Below are positions 11,627 through 26,600 of a stretch of DNA of 64,000 nt, piece by piece (positions within the stretch are counted from its first letter, which is position 1; every line of letters begins with the position of its first letter). The notes beneath the pieces were generated by a model, which saw only the letters and a list, made by a program, of their open reading frames with translations, did not search any database and was not told the origin of the DNA. The position numbers and the translations under genes are program-made. The DNA is from Monocercomonoides exilis PA203 (lineage: Eukaryota > Protista > Preaxostyla), in contig LSRY02000034.1 of the NCBI GenBank assembly GCA_001643675.2, forward strand, positions 806,001 to 870,000. The letters run 5' to 3'.

Positions 11627-14600
11627 TCATTGTTCTCCGTCTGATTGAAAAGAAGAATAAAAATCATCATAAATGCTATCTTCCCTCACAACAGCCTTTC
11701 TGGTTCGCAAACTTCTTTCCCTTTGAGCAACTGGAACAGCTTGATGGGATTGATTCCAAGCTCCGTCTATTTTTTCGTCCAGAAACTCTTCAGAACTTGT
11801 GTCGTCCCAATCATCTTGACTTCTTTTCCTCTTTTGCTTCTTCTTCTTTTTCTTTGAAGAGTTCGTTTTTGTGTTTGTAATTCTTCCTTTTTTAATTCCT
11901 CTTTTCCCGAATTGGTTCTGATTCAATTGAGCAGTCTGTTTTCCTCCTGCTGTGGAAGAAGAGGCCAATGAGTCATCAAACATTTCAACTGCAGCAAGAT
12001 CTTCAGGCGAAGGCTGAGGCTCTTCCACATCAGTCAGCGCAGAAATCTCTTCGAGAATCATTTCAATACGCTTGCTGGACTGCTCTCGTTTTGAGCTTGT
12101 TGTGAAAGAGCTGTTAAGAAATGAAGAAAGATAGCAACTTGCTTCAGGAATAGAACCACGCAAATGCAGAACAAGATTTGAGGCAAGCTCATCCAAACAG
12201 ACGTAACTATTCAAACAAGAATACTCAGAAAGAGAATTTAACTGTGATTTTATAAACAATGAGCAGCTGCTTGCAGCAGCAAAATTCCGAAGATCAGCTT
12301 CATTTTGTTTTGTTTGTGGAAAATCTTCAGTTTTTTCTGAGATGCTGTTTTGAAAACTTAACATTCGCCGAATGTTTGAAGTGATCTCATTTTTCATTTT
12401 ATTCACGTCATCCTTAAACTGCAACATTATCTGTTTGCATGAGTACCATTCTTTCACAGAAACAGCCAAGTTCGGAAGTGTTATGCACATCCCAATGTTC
12501 TGCCGATCCTTCGCTTCCATCATGTGCCTGCTGTCTCTTATTGATTCTTCTATTTCTTTCTCTTTTTTCGCAGCTTTTTTCGCTTTCTGGTTTATTTTGT
12601 GTGTTTTATCTTCCAAAGAATCGTTTTGTTCGTTTTCAATAAGAAATGAATTCGTGTTATCAGTCCAATTAATGCACGCATCCACAATCTGCTTTGCAAA
12701 AATGTTTTCCTCAAACAACAAACGAGGATTAAAATTCGTCACCTTCTCCATACTTTTGAAATTCGGTGTATTTGATTTTGCTGTTGATGATGTTGATGTG
12801 GATGCTGAATTAGTATTTTCTCTATCGATTGTTAGAAACGAATCATTTTGTGAAAAATAACCACCATTTTTTCCAGACAAGTTGATCCAATAGAACATTC
12901 TCAATGCTGATCTCACAATCAAAACATCGCGAATGATTGAAAGGAGACATTCTGATTTCAAAGGAGAATAAGAAAGTTGCTCAAAACTTGAAGATTTCAA
13001 ATGGGATGACTGGGATTGAGATAGCGAAGAAGAAGAAGAAGAGTGTGAAATATTATTTAAGGATTCCTGATCAGTCAATGGCTCCAATGAATTCTCATTT
13101 GTTTCTTCAATGAGCGCGGTATCTACATACGTTTCTGTGATTGCTTCTTCTTTTGGTGCAGAAGACTGAAGAGAAGCAGAAGCATCTTCAACTTCACTCA
13201 TTTTCTCTTGTTTTGAACCTTGTTGAATGAAAGATTGTGCGATTTCATCGGCAATTGGCATCATTCGAAGAGCAATTGAATTCAGCTGTGCAATCGCTGA
13301 ATTCACTTCAGATTCTGATGAAAATGGAAGCGAAGCACAAACCGAAAGAAGATAAACAGCAAAATGATGCGATCTGCACATTGCTGCTGCCTTCTCCCAG
13401 GAAGATGAATGTGAACAATGAAAGGCATCTGATATCTGTTTATCAAAACTTAATGCAGAAGATGCGAAGTTGCTTTCATTTTGTGTCTTTCTAAGCTCCG
13501 AATCGTCAACTGCAAGCAGCTTTTCCCACTCAGAAAACACAGTTTTCAAGAGAGAATTGACAAAAGTGGTCACAAAAACAGCACCTCCACGATGAAGATA
13601 GTTGAACACTTTGCCAAAATGAGGAAGAGTCAAAGAAAGCGGAAGGTTTCTGATTGAAAACTCGGGTGCTGAATGAACAACCAACAAATCAGAAGAAAGA
13701 GAAGATTGAGTGACCAAAGCAGCAGATTGCGTTGCTTGCTGGTTCAACATTGATTTCAGATGTGTTGTTGGAGAAGAAAGAAAACAGAGAGAAAGACCAA
13801 GTGCCAACAGTTCCTTTTGAAGAGTGTCTGAAAAGCAATGAGAATCCATTTCTGAATCATTATTTGTGCTTAATGAAGGAAACAAAGAAGAAAAAGAACC
13901 AGAAGATTGAGATAATGTTTGCGTGTGATGGTCAAATATATCATTTTTACTCTCTTCTTTCTCCTCGGAAACGGCATTCTTCACAACCATCCAAGCAACC
14001 GCATCTATATTTTCATTCGCCTCGCAAACGTTCGAATCTCCATTCATCGCCAGCTGATACTCAAAGCTCATCAGCACACCGTCGACAACAGAACTCAAAG
14101 AAACCCATCCGATCGACAAGTCACTCAAAATCACTTCTTTTTTCTGTTTGCTTCGTTTTGATGCTGAAATAACTGCAATGTTATTGCCATCCTGTTCGTC
14201 TTCTCCCGTTAAAAGTGTTGTTCTTCTGTTTGAATTCTGATCTTGCTCATACAAATCTCCTTCTGCTTCGTCACTCAGAATATCTGCCTCAATTTTGCTT
14301 CCAAATTCCTTTGCCTCATTCAAATTAGAATTTTCTGCTTGTTTTCCTCTCTTTGTCACTTGCCTCCTCCTTCTTCCTGATGCACTTGTTGTGCTAATTC
14401 CCATCCGCTTCTTCAGCCATCCTTTCTCAATAGCCCTGTTTCTCCTCTCCAATACCCCTTCCCCCGCCCCTCCCCCTGCTCCTCCTCCTCCTCCTCCACT
14501 TCCACCACCACTTCCTCCTCTGCCTTTTCTCTGCCTTCTGCCTTCCTCCACCCCTTCCCCTTTCGTCTTCACAGCCCCTCCATCCATCTCCATCATTAAC

Positions 14601-17600
14601 ACAAGCAGCTGCCAAGCGCTTTCTCTCACTTGAACATCTGCGTCACTCAAAAGAACAACAACAGAAGGGACAAACAGGAAAGGGTGCAGAACACGCTGCC
14701 GGATGCCGATGGAGACGATGGAAAGTGTGGGCAAGCGGATGCTGGCGATTGTCTGAAGCACAGAAAGCGAATGTTGCTGTGAAGCACTCAAAAAGGAAGA
14801 AGAAGAAGAAGAAGAATTATGTTGCTGCGATTGAAAAGCGTACAGAGAAGGATGCTGCACAGTGGAAGCAGAAGGGCGCCCAGTGAGTGTCATAAGAAGC
14901 GATTGCTGATGATGTTGGAGAAGAGCCGCGCTGACTGAGAAATCAGAAGGCAACAGAGAAGCATCTGGAATTGACTGTAATGAAGGCGATGACGAGGCAG
15001 AATGAGAAGATGTGGAAGGAGAAGAGGACGATTTTGAATGCGAAACAGAAGCAGAAGCAGAAGAAGAAGAGTCTAATTGTTCCAAAGAAGAACCAGAAAA
15101 TGAATGACAACGAGAACGAGAAAGAGAGTTTGAGCGTTTTAAGGGTTGACTTGATTCTTTTGAGTCACTTTCTGAAAGCTGATCAAATCCAAATGAATTA
15201 TTTCGTTTTATTGTCGTTTGCTCATTTTTCATTGAGCGAGCATTTTTATTTTGTTCTTGCTGTTTTTTGAAATCTTTCTCTTCTTTGTGCATTTGTTCGT
15301 ACATATCTTGTTTCATGTTCATGTCATTTCCCTTTGAGCTGCTGCTTTCTGACGCTTTTGATAGGATTAAGCTGGCTTTTGATTGAATTCCTTTATTTCC
15401 TGTTTCTTTCAATGCTAAATTCATTTGATTTTGTTTTTCCTTCTGAGGAGAAGCAAAAGAAGCTAAACTTTCTTCTTGTTCTTGTTTCACCGAAACATAA
15501 TCTTCTTTTTTCACTTTTGTGTTTTCATTTGCTTCGCTTTCTTTTGAATCGTCTTCGCTAATAATCTCATCTAATGTTCCATATTGTCTCAATATTTTTC
15601 CCTTTTTTTGCATTTCTCTGCTTCTTTTTGTGACAATTGGTGTCTTTTTTTGGGAAATGACTGAAGAAACAGGAGAATGCAGACGAGGCTTGGTTGAATC
15701 GTCGCTGTCTGAATCAGACAATGGAATGCTCATTTTTCGGCTTCCGTTCTTTTTATTGACTGAAGAAGAAGAAGAAGAAGAGCTTTTTGTGGTTGATGTT
15801 TTAATTTGAGTCGAAATTGAAGTTGTAATTTGAACATTGCTATCTTCACTCTGTTCTGTTGCTTTGACATCTAAATGGATTTCTTCCTTTTCCGTGTTTT
15901 TAGGTTTTGTTTTCACCTTTTTTTGAGTCATTTTCTCTTTTTCTTTAATATTTCCTCCTCTTTCCCCTCTTTCTCTTCCTCCCTTCTCACTCATTGTGTT
16001 TCTCTGTATCAGCTTCATCTTCTCCTGCTCTGCTAAAATTCTTTCTTCTTCGTCTTCTAACAGCGTTTGGATGGATCGAAGCTGAGCAGCTCGGATTTCA
16101 TCGAATGCCTCACGAAACAAATGAACTTTGCGGAAAGAGGGAGAAGGAGAAGAAGAGGAGGAAGAAGAAGAGGAAAAAGAAGTTAAAGGAGAAAGAGAAG
16201 GGGAAGAAGAAGCAGAAGTTGTTGGAGAAGAATATGAATATGAATATGAATAAGAAGAAGAAAGAAGAGAAGGAGAAGCGGAAGCAAAAGGAGGAGAAGG
16301 TGAAAAAGACAGATTTTGATTCTGCAAGTTAACAGGAGTTGGTTTATACAGAACATTTGCAGTTAAATCAACTTTTCCTTTGAAATCACCAAACTTTCTA
16401 ATGCTCATTTCTTCACTCAGCAAAAGCTGCCTTCTGAAAAATGGCGAGTTATCTGCATCGCTTTCGTTTATTCCTCCTCCTCCTCCTCCTCCACTTCCCA
16501 TGTTTCCTAAACTTCCTATGTTTCCTCCTCCTCCTCTCAGCCAAAACTCGATCTGATCGTTCCAATTTGCCATTTTTTTCGTTTTTTCGAACGAATCAGC
16601 CGACAAAAAAGAAGAAATTTTGTTTTTTTGGAAGTTCCAAAAGGGAAAAAAGGAAGCGACGAGGAAGAAGCGGTGGTTAGACACGAAAGTTGTGGCCATT
16701 TGAACAGCTCTGGCTGAAATAAGCGGGTCGCTGAAGGAGCAGAAGAAGGCGAGGGTTTTGAAGAGGGTGAAGGAGAAAGAAGAAGAGTGGAGAGAAAGCT
16801 GGGAGATGAGGGAGACACGAATTGGAATGGAAGAAGAAGAGGAAGAGAAAAAGGAAGAGGAAGAAGTTTGAGGAGAAGAAGCAGGAGAGTGAGAAGGAGA
16901 GGGAGAAGAAAGGATATTTGAGGAAAGAGGATACAAAGAAGGTGAAGAAGAAGAAGAAGAAGAAGAAGAAGAAGAAGAAGAAGAAGAAGAAGAATGTGAT
17001 TGATACAATGATTGAGCTGCATTCACTCCATTTCTTGCCACTTGCTGTTGCGTGTGTCTGTATGCAACAATACGTCCTGCCTCTTCCATCTCCTTTTGAG
17101 TCAAAACTTTGCTGAAGTCGATCCATCTGCTCAATTGGCACAAAATAAACAGCGAGCGGATGATTAATGAACGCAAGGCGGTGGAAGGAGGTTGGATTTG
17201 AGAGGAAAAGGGGAGAGGAAAAGAAGAGAAGGAGAAAGAAGGGAGTAAAAAAGCAGGGGAAGAAGAAGGTTGTGGATGAAGGGTGATGATTGGCTGGGGT
17301 TGTGGAGATTGCATTGAACGGAAGGAAGGGGAAGGGGAAGAAGAGGAAGAAAACAATGAAGGAGAAGAGGAAGAAGAAGAAGAAGAAAGAGAAGGTGAAT
17401 GTCTTCGTGTTGCGCTTGTTCCTTTTGCCTGCACTTTTTCATTTGTCACAGAAAGTGGGGGGAAAAGCATCGAATGAGGTGCATCTGACTTGATAGGACT
17501 GTCTTCCATCTGTGAAAGATCACTCAATTGCGGATATCTTCTTTGCTGATGTTGATTTTGATTCTGAAGCTGCTGCTGCTGTTGTTGTTTTCCCTTTGGC

Positions 17601-20600
17601 TGGACAGGAACGAGCGAAAGTACAGATTTTGTGGGAGTTTCATTGTGTGATCTGCTATTTAAAGAGCCAAAGATTGGAGGTGTGGAAGCAAATGAAGAAG
17701 AAGGAGAAGAGGAAGAGGAAGAAGAAGAAGAAGAAGGAAAGACAAGTCTTCGTGAAGCAGGAGAAGAAGAAGGCGAATGAGCTACAGAATTTGGTGTGTG
17801 CTGAAGTGGCTGCTGTGAAAACGGCCTTTGAACTGAGAAACAAGGGGTGATGAATGAATGAGGAGGGGAAGGCAATAGGGAAGGCGAGTTAGAGGGAGAA
17901 AGAGAAAGAGAAGGAGAAGAAGAAGTCAAATATGATTGATTTGATTTTGTAATTGATCGAACAAAAGACGCATCTCTTAAATTCTGCACTCTTCGCAAAA
18001 ACGCCAAGTTCTGCAGCAGAATGCGAAAAAGTGGTTTGAAATCGCGCGTGTAGAAGACAACAAGAGAACAAAGGGTTTTGATGATGAGGGTGAGGGTATA
18101 AGCAGAAGAGGCAGAAGAAGCCAGCAAAAGCAGCACTTCTTGTGCGGAAAAGGCGTTTTCTCTCTTGATGATCGGATGATGTGAAGAGCAGATAATGGTG
18201 AATGGGGAAGACATCAAAGAAGAAGAAGAAGTTTGTTTGGCTTGCTTGTTGTTTGCTTGTGCAAACGCGCTTCGGATGGGTGTTTTTGGGTGAGGGGTAG
18301 ATTCAATTCGTCTTCTGTTGATGCTATTTGTGAAATTTTCTTTCTTTTTTTCTCTTTCTCCTTCTTCCTCTTCTTTCTCTTCTTTCTCTTTCTCTTTCTC
18401 CCTTTCCTCCTTTTCCTCTTCCTCTTCCTCTTCCTCCTCCTCTTCCTCTTGCTGCTTCTGCCTTTTTCTCGTTTTCTCTGCCAGCACATCCACAACTGAC
18501 TCAATTCCTGCCTCGTTTCCCCACTGCACCATTTTCAGCAGCACATTCAATAATTCATCGACAGTTGCGCTTTCTAATTCACTCATGTTCTGCTTGAATG
18601 CCTGGAGCTGCTTGGAGGAAGAGGAGGAGGAAGAGGAAGAAGAAGAAGAAGATGGGGGTGGGAGAGGAGAAGAGGAGCGAGAAGAAGAAGGGGAAGAAGA
18701 AGAAGAAGAAGAAGTGGGAAATGATGGATGTGAATTCAATTCATTTCCTGATGTTTGATTAGGATTTGAAGCTTCTTCTTTCCCATTCACTGATTTTTGT
18801 GCTATTTCCTTTGAAAATTTGTTGTTTGAATTGAAGTTTGAGTATGAGTTTAAACTGCTTTTGCCACTGCAACTCAAAGAAAGCAGCGAAACAATGACTG
18901 AAAAATGTCTGCCAACCAGCGGCGGGTGCGAACGGACCAAAAGAGAGAGGACTTTCACGATTTCAAACTGAATGCGATGCTTTTCTGAGAGTTTTGTTCG
19001 AAGTTGCTGCAATTTTTGCTTGTGTGTCTGTTGAAATTGATTCGAAACCTGTTTTTTTGTCTGAAAAGAGCGTGAAAACGTTTTTGGCTTTGAATTTTGG
19101 TTGTTTTTGGAGTTTTGTTGGCTTTGCTCCATTTTTTTCCTTTCAGCTTCTTTTAAATTTCCTCCTTTCTCTTCTTCCCCTTCTTCTTCCTCTGCTTCTT
19201 CGATTTTTGTGTTTATTTGTGATATTTCTGTCGCAACTTTCATGAGCAGTTGGATGAGCGTATCACAAACCTGCTTTGAAGCCAATTCATCTCTTCTGTG
19301 CTTCAACGTGGCTTCTGCATTTGACTGCAGCGAAGAGAAAGAAGAGAAAGAAACAGAAAGTTGTGTGTTAACAGCATCATTAACATCATCATTTTCATCA
19401 TCATCATCATCGATATTGATAACATTGCTTGTGAATGGAGAAGATAAATCAGAGCGAAACGGCATTGTTTGCGATTTGCCTGACAAAAGCCACAAATTGT
19501 CATCAACTCCATCATTTGCCTTCATCCTGTGCTCTGCTTCTGACTTCTGTTTTGTATTGTTTTCGTTCCATTCATCCGTTTCCCCTTTGAACAACTCACA
19601 AAACAGCTCGTAAACCCATTCAGAATTTGATCGGTTGCTCAAATCGAGGCGGCGAACAACTGATGTTAAGAGCATAACTCGCATTGCTGGTGATAACTTT
19701 GAGCTTGATGTTGAAGGAGAAGAAGAAACGAAAGAAGAAAAAGAATTGGAAGATTTTGTTGAAGAATTTTTCTTATGAAACCCTTTGTTTGGCTGCTTGT
19801 TTGCTGTTCTTTTTGTTGTTTTGGCTTTGGTTTTTGAATTTTCTGATTTTGAAACAGAATTCTCTTTTGTTTCATCTGTTTCTTCTTCACTTGAAACTTC
19901 AATATTCTTATTAACACTTTCTTCTTCTTCTCCATCTTCTTCCTCTTTTTCTTCTTCTTCCTCATCATCATCTTCCTCTTCCTCTTCTTCTTCAAACAAA
20001 AATTCTTCCTCCACTCCATCGTTATCCCACTGCAGCCCTTCCTTCCCTTTCACAGAAGACAAATCTCCAGTCACAAATGCTGCTTTCAGAACAGATTTGA
20101 TCAAAAGCGAAGAAGAAGAGTCCAAAGGAGAACGCTGAGAAGGGAAAAGAGAAAGATTTGAAGAAGAAGAAGAGAAAGAGGAAGAAAAAGAGGAAGAGGA
20201 GAAAGAAGATGATGAAAAGGGGAGAGGAGAAAGAAGATAAACGAGAAACAAAAGAATTTGCGATACAGCAGACAGCAAAAATGCTCTGCAAACACAAAAA
20301 GGAGCGTTCAAAGTGTTTTGTGCGTTTTCAGATCCCAACGACAAAACATTCTCGTTCAGAACAGAATTTTCACTGGGAGATTGCACAGAATTAAACCCAA
20401 CTCCAATTTTAACTCCGTTTTGTGTGTTGTTCCACAATGCAGCATCAGATGATGACAGCAAATCGTCAATTGCTTCTTCTTCCGTTCCACTTGAGACAAA
20501 TGCGAGGCAGCGAAGCGAAACAGCGACAAACTCAGCCAAGATGCGATGGATGCGTTTTCTGACGTTGGCTGAAGGATCTTCTTTTCGTGAGAGGATTTCA

Positions 20601-23600
20601 AAGAGCTCCCAGAAGAAGGCAGAAGGAGAGGTGGAGGAGGAGAAGAGGCGGGTGTAGAAAGAGGAGAGGGAGGAGGAGGAAGAAGAAGAAGAGGATGAAG
20701 AAAGAGAAGAAGAAGAAGAAGAAGAAGGAAGAGGAGGAGATGAAATAGCATTTTGTGACTGTGCTTTGGAATTAGAAATTGTGCTGCCTTCTTTCTGTTT
20801 TATTCCTTTCCTTCCAATTTTTCCTTTTCTTTCTCTTTCTCTCCCTCCTTTTTCTCCTCCTTCATCATCATCATTATCATCCTCTTCTTCTCTTTCTCTT
20901 TCTCTTTCCCTTTCCCTTTCCCTTTCTTCTTCTTCACACTTCATCACCAGCTGCCTCTCCTTCATCATCACCACATTCCATCTCTTCAGCTTCTGCTGCA
21001 GCGACCTTCCTGCTATTCGCACCACTGTTTCCCTCACAATCGCCGAATGATCGTTCAAATGCGACAAAATCAGACGTTTTAACCCGTTTTGCGCGGAGAG
21101 AGAAAGAAAACGAGGTAAAATGTTGGATTTGCTTTGGTTTTGGTTCTGTTTGTTTTCTTTTTCTTTTTCTTCTTTTCCTTTTTTGTGTTTGGATTTGAGA
21201 AGTTGAGATTTTGTTTGAGTTTTTGCTGAGCCTGTTTCTTCTTCTTGGTTAACTGTCTTTCCCTTTCTTGCTTTTGATGCTTTTGATGCTTTTGATTTTA
21301 TATTCTTCTCCACTTTACTCTCTAAAACTTCATCATCATCATCTTCTTCTCCTCCTTTTTCTTCTTCTCCTTCCTCCTCCTCCTCTTCTACTTCTTCCTT
21401 TTCTTCTTCTTCTTTTTCCTCTTCCTCCTCCAGCAAGTCCGGATCCTGTGTGAGCAGCTGCTCCATCACAGAAATAGCAGCTGATTTTATTCCAGTTGCG
21501 CCAACTGCCTCCAAATTGCACTGGCAAATGAGAGTGGCGAGAAAGAAGCGTTTCAAAAGGAGGGGGAAAAGATGAGAGGGAAAAGAGGAAAGATGGAGGC
21601 GGACGAGAACAGAACGGAGGGGGGAGAAGAGGAAGGAGGAGGAGGAAGAGGAGGAAGAAGAAGAAGAAAATGAAGATGTGTAAATTGAAGAAAGGGAAGA
21701 ATTATTTGAAGAAGAAGAAGAAGAAGACATTTGCGTTTCCTGCAATGAGAAGAAAGTTGGGAGTGCAATGTTGGAAGAAGGAGCAACAAGAAAAGCTGGA
21801 AAAGAGAACGAATATTTCTTCTTTTTTGTTGATGTTTGAAAATTTTCTAATGTTTTGTCTTTGAATTCAGTTTTTTCAGTGAAAAATTGGTTTTCTGGTT
21901 GTTTTGATACGGAAACAGGAGATTGAGGAAGAGGATGAGGAGAAGAAGAAGAAAAAGAAAAAGAAGAAGAAGAAGAACGAGAAGGAGAATGAGAAGGAGA
22001 ATTTGAAGAAGAATTAGAAAAAGAAGAGGAAAATGAGCGTAAAGGAGATAAACTTGCACGTATTGATGAAGCAGAAGACAAAGAACTTCTCAAATCTGAA
22101 TCAAGCTCAATAAACAAATCTTTGTATTTCTCCACAAAATGCCTTTTTGCCAGTTCTTCATCGAGAAATGGCTGATGAATTAAGAAAAGCCACTCAGAAG
22201 AAGAAGAAGAAGAAGAAGAATTTTCATTCAACCGATCAAAAAGTGAAGAGGCGAGTGAAGTTAAATAAGTTTCATTTGAAATTGTATTGTCTGTTATTTC
22301 GTTTATTTTCGTTTTTTCTTCATCTTCTGCTGAAAAAGAAGAAGAAGAAAAGGAAGAAGAAGAAGAAGAAGCAAAAGTTTCATTGTTTTCTTGTTTATTT
22401 CCTTCATTTGAATCTTCTTGTTTATTTTTGGCTTTTGTTGCTGATCGATTGCTTGATGGATGAAGAACACGACTTTTTGCTTTGCCTCTTGCAACCCCTC
22501 TTCTTCCTCCTCTTCCGCTTCTCCCTCTTCCTGATTTTAATATCGCTTCTTCTTCTTCTTTCTCTTTCTCTTTCTCTTTCTTTTCTTCTTCTTCCTTTTG
22601 TTTCATCTTCCTTTCTCTCTCCTTTTCTTGTTCTCTTTCTTTCTCCTCTTCTTTCTCCTTCAAAATATTTTTCGCTTCCTTTTCAATTACTTCATTCATT
22701 TTTTCTTCAATCATCTTGTTTGAATCACCTCCTCTAAGCGTCATAACATTCATTGCCATCTTCATCCACTTCTTGTGTGTTTCGTCAACGCCTAAAGAGG
22801 AAGCTGTCGATTCCCAAAAGGAGAGCGTAAAACACGCAGCATCGCGAATTGTTTCCGGCAGGTGATGAAACAAAAGAGAGGAAGAAGAAGAGCCATCGCC
22901 AATAACTCTTTCGCTGCTGAATTGATCGGAATTGTTGGCTTTTGAGCCAAAAAGAGGTTCTTTTGAGTCAAAATCTGAAATTATTGTGTGATCACTAAAA
23001 TTTTCTTCTTCTTCTTCAATTTCTTCTTCTCTGCCTTTTTCACTTTCTTCACTTTCTTCACCTTCTTCTTCTCTATTCGTTTTTCCACCCCAATATTTTC
23101 CAACCTCAAAAATCCCTTTCACATTCATTGAATCTGACTTCTCTTTTACTTTGCTCTCTTCCATCTCCAGCTGATGAAGCAGCATCACTTCGCTCAGCAT
23201 CATCGGCGCTGCTTTCACAAACTGAGTCTGTTTTGACTGAAGAAGATTTGTTGAGGAGGAGGAAGAAGATGATGAAGATGATGAAACAGCTAAAGACAAC
23301 CCTAATTTTGAAGAATTTCCTCTTTTTTGTGATTCTTCTGGTTTTTTGATTGATTTGGAGGAAGAAAAAGCAGTTTTTCGCTTGTTTATTGGAGATGCTA
23401 CCCATTCATCATCTTGTGAATTTATTGTTTCAACGCTGTTATCCTCTTTTTCGAATTCTTCTTCTTCTTCTTCGAAATATTCTTCTTCTTCTCTTTTTCC
23501 TTTTCCTTCTTTTGTTTTTGTTTTTGTATTTTCAATCTCTTTAACCTCTTCTTTGATAATATTTCCTTTTCCTCCTCTTTTCCCGCTTCTCTTTGGCAAA

Positions 23601-26600
23601 TCTGTCAAATTTCCTGTCAAATTCTCTTTCGTGTTTGAAATGCCTGTCAAACGCATGAGCGGCCGGTGCGGAAGCGTTCTCTTTGAATTTGAGCGAATTG
23701 GCTGTGGTTTTGCAATTTGAGAAGAATTTTGCGAAGAATTCAAAGAAGAAAGAACAAGATTTGAAGAATTATTGAGAATTTTGTCATTTTTCATGAGCTC
23801 TTTGCTATTTTTGTTTGTTTCTTGTTCATTTGACATGAAAGTCGGAGATGACTTTTTGGAATGTTTGATAAAATCATTTGAAAGCAGAGGATGAGTTTGA
23901 TAATAAAACACCAAACAGCCGTCGCATATGGAATTAGGCTTAAACCGAAAAATGTTTGAAACAGAAGAAGAGGAAGAGGAGGAATAAGAAGAAGCTAAAT
24001 TGGAAGAATTTGATATTCCAGAAAGCATTTCAGGTGAAATTCTATTGCAGCACAGTGGATGCAGCAGACAGCCACACAAACAACATCGAAGAAGCAAAAA
24101 TTGCGAATTTTGACTCAAATTTGAAGATATTCTTGTTCTGAGTCTTTCAAACTTTCTGTTTGAAATGCTTTTATTTGAAATATAATCTGACAGAGAGGGA
24201 AATTTCATGATTGAAACATCGCAATTACCACATCTTGTTTGATCTGTTGTTTGGCTGTCGTTTTCTGACTTTGCAAATTTTTTGTTTATTTTTGTATTTT
24301 TGAAGGAAATTTCATCTTTTTCAAATGAAAACTCGTTTTTATTATCATTTTTATTGCTTTGTGCAGTTAAAACCTCATCTTTCACTTCATTTTTCTTTAT
24401 CAAACTTTTCATTTCTTTCTCTCTCTCCACCCATTTCTTCTTCTTTTCCTTCGCAAAATTTCGCATTTTGACATTCAAAACTTTTCCTCCCTTTGAAATT
24501 TCATTCACAACCCCAACAATCTGCCCAAGAATAAGCACAAAATGTCTTTTCTTTGCTGCTTCAATAAGAGTTGCCTGCGTTTTCATTGATGGCGTTAGCA
24601 ATGATCTTGTGGTTGAAGAAGAAGAAGAAGAAGAAGAAATATCAATATTCGAATCATTCCCAACCCTTCTTTTCTCATTCTCCCTTCCTCCTCCTCCTCC
24701 TCCTCCTCCTCCCTTCGCTGCCTTCTGCTTCATTGCCACACTTTTCCCTTTCTCTTCTTCTTCCTCTTCTCTTTCTGAAGACAGCCACAAAAGCGACTGC
24801 TGAAACACCTGTGTTTGTGCAGGAGACAGAGAAAGAGCAATGGAACGAGCAATGAGAAAGAGGAGGAGTTCAGAGGAGGAAGAATAAAGAGGGTGGAGGA
24901 GGAGAAGGAGGAGGTGGGTGACGAGGCGGGAGAGGACAGTTCGGTGATGGCGGCAGGCGGAAGAGGATGGGATGATGATCAATGAGGAAGAAGAAGAGGA
25001 GGAAGAGGAGGAGGAAAGAGAAGAAGAGGAATGAGAAGAAGAAGAAGATGATGATGATGAATTTGTTTGAGCATCATTTGAATTCATTCTTCTCTTGCAT
25101 TCTTCGACAATGGCTGAGAAGGCACCGCATTTGTCTATGAAAAATTGGATGTGCGACGAAAGCAGAGGAACAAGCGAAGAAAAGGACATTCTTTTGAGCT
25201 CTGGTTGTGTGTTGAGGAGAGTAAAGGAAGAAGAAGAGGAGAAAGAGGAGAAAGATGAGGAAGGAGAGGAAGAAGAAGAAGAAGAAGATGATGATGATGA
25301 TGCTTCTTCCTCTGCATTGAAAGAAGAAGAAGAATTTGGCTCTTGTGCTGCTTGTGAGTCGAAGAGGGTGTCGCTGAGTGGCTGAGAAAGCAGCGATTCG
25401 ACCTCGTTCTGCTGGGGAACGGGCGAAAGAGGGCAAGGGACGGAGTCTAGGTGGGAATGGGAGGTGTCTTGGGAGGAAGATGAGGAAGATGAAGAAGAAG
25501 GGTGAAGAAGAAGAGGAGGAGGAGGAGGCTGTTGTGGAAGGTGTTTTGGAGTTTGATTGGGGTTGTGGTGGTTGGAATGAAAAGAAGAGGAAGAAGAGGA
25601 AGAAGAGGAAGAAGAGGAAGAAGAGGAAGAAGAGGAAGAAGAGGAAGAAGAAGAAGAATTTTTTGACAATGTTGTTGATGTTGATGATGATGATGATGGT
25701 AGTAACACTAATGAAGATTCATTATTTTCTGAGTATTCATTTCCCATTCTTTTGTTCATTTCTTGTTTTCCTTCTGTTTGCACATCAGTTTCATCGTCGA
25801 TGGCGTTGCAGCTTTGGATGAGCGAGAGAAGAAGAGAGACGAGAGAAGGAGGAGGAATAAGAGGATAACTGAACAGCAGCTGGACAATGGAATGAATGCC
25901 TAGTGAGTTGGAGGAAAGAAGAGAAGAAGAGGAAGAAGAGGAAGAGGAAGAGGAAGAGGAAGAGGAAGAGAAAGAGGATGAGGATGAGGAAGAAGAAGAA
26001 GAGGAAGAGGAAGAAAATGAAAATGATGATTTTCTTGTGAGTTGAGAAGAAGAAGAAGAAGGAGAAGAACGAATAGGAAGTGTGTTCAGAAATGAAAGAG
26101 AAGAATCATTTTTCGTGTTTTTCGCTTTTGTTTTGGTTGTTTTTTGTTGCTTTTTTGGGATTTTTCTTTTTGTCCTGTCTATTTTTGATTTAGCCCTTTT
26201 TGATTCAATTTGTTCCTCTTCATCATCCTTCTCCTCAGAACTAACCAACTCTTTATGTTCATCATCATCATCTTCTTCTTCTTCTTCTTCCACATCATTA
26301 TTAACCTCAATATTTACCTCTTCTTCCTCCTCTTCCTCTTCCTCTTCTTCCTCTTCCTCTTCCATCTCTCCTCCTCCTCCTCCTTCTCCTCCTTCTCCTC
26401 CCTCTCTATACCTTCCTCTTTTCACCCCTTTTCCTTCTCTTCCCCTTTTCCTTTCTCTTTCTGCTTCTCTTTCTCTTTCCCTTTCTCCTTCTCCTTGTCC
26501 CAGCAGGTCAAACACATCGCCAATCATTCCTGTTGCCAGTTCGGGTTCTGCCACAAATGTAAAGTGAACTAGCGGCTCAGCTGTCTGCTGCAATGGAAGC

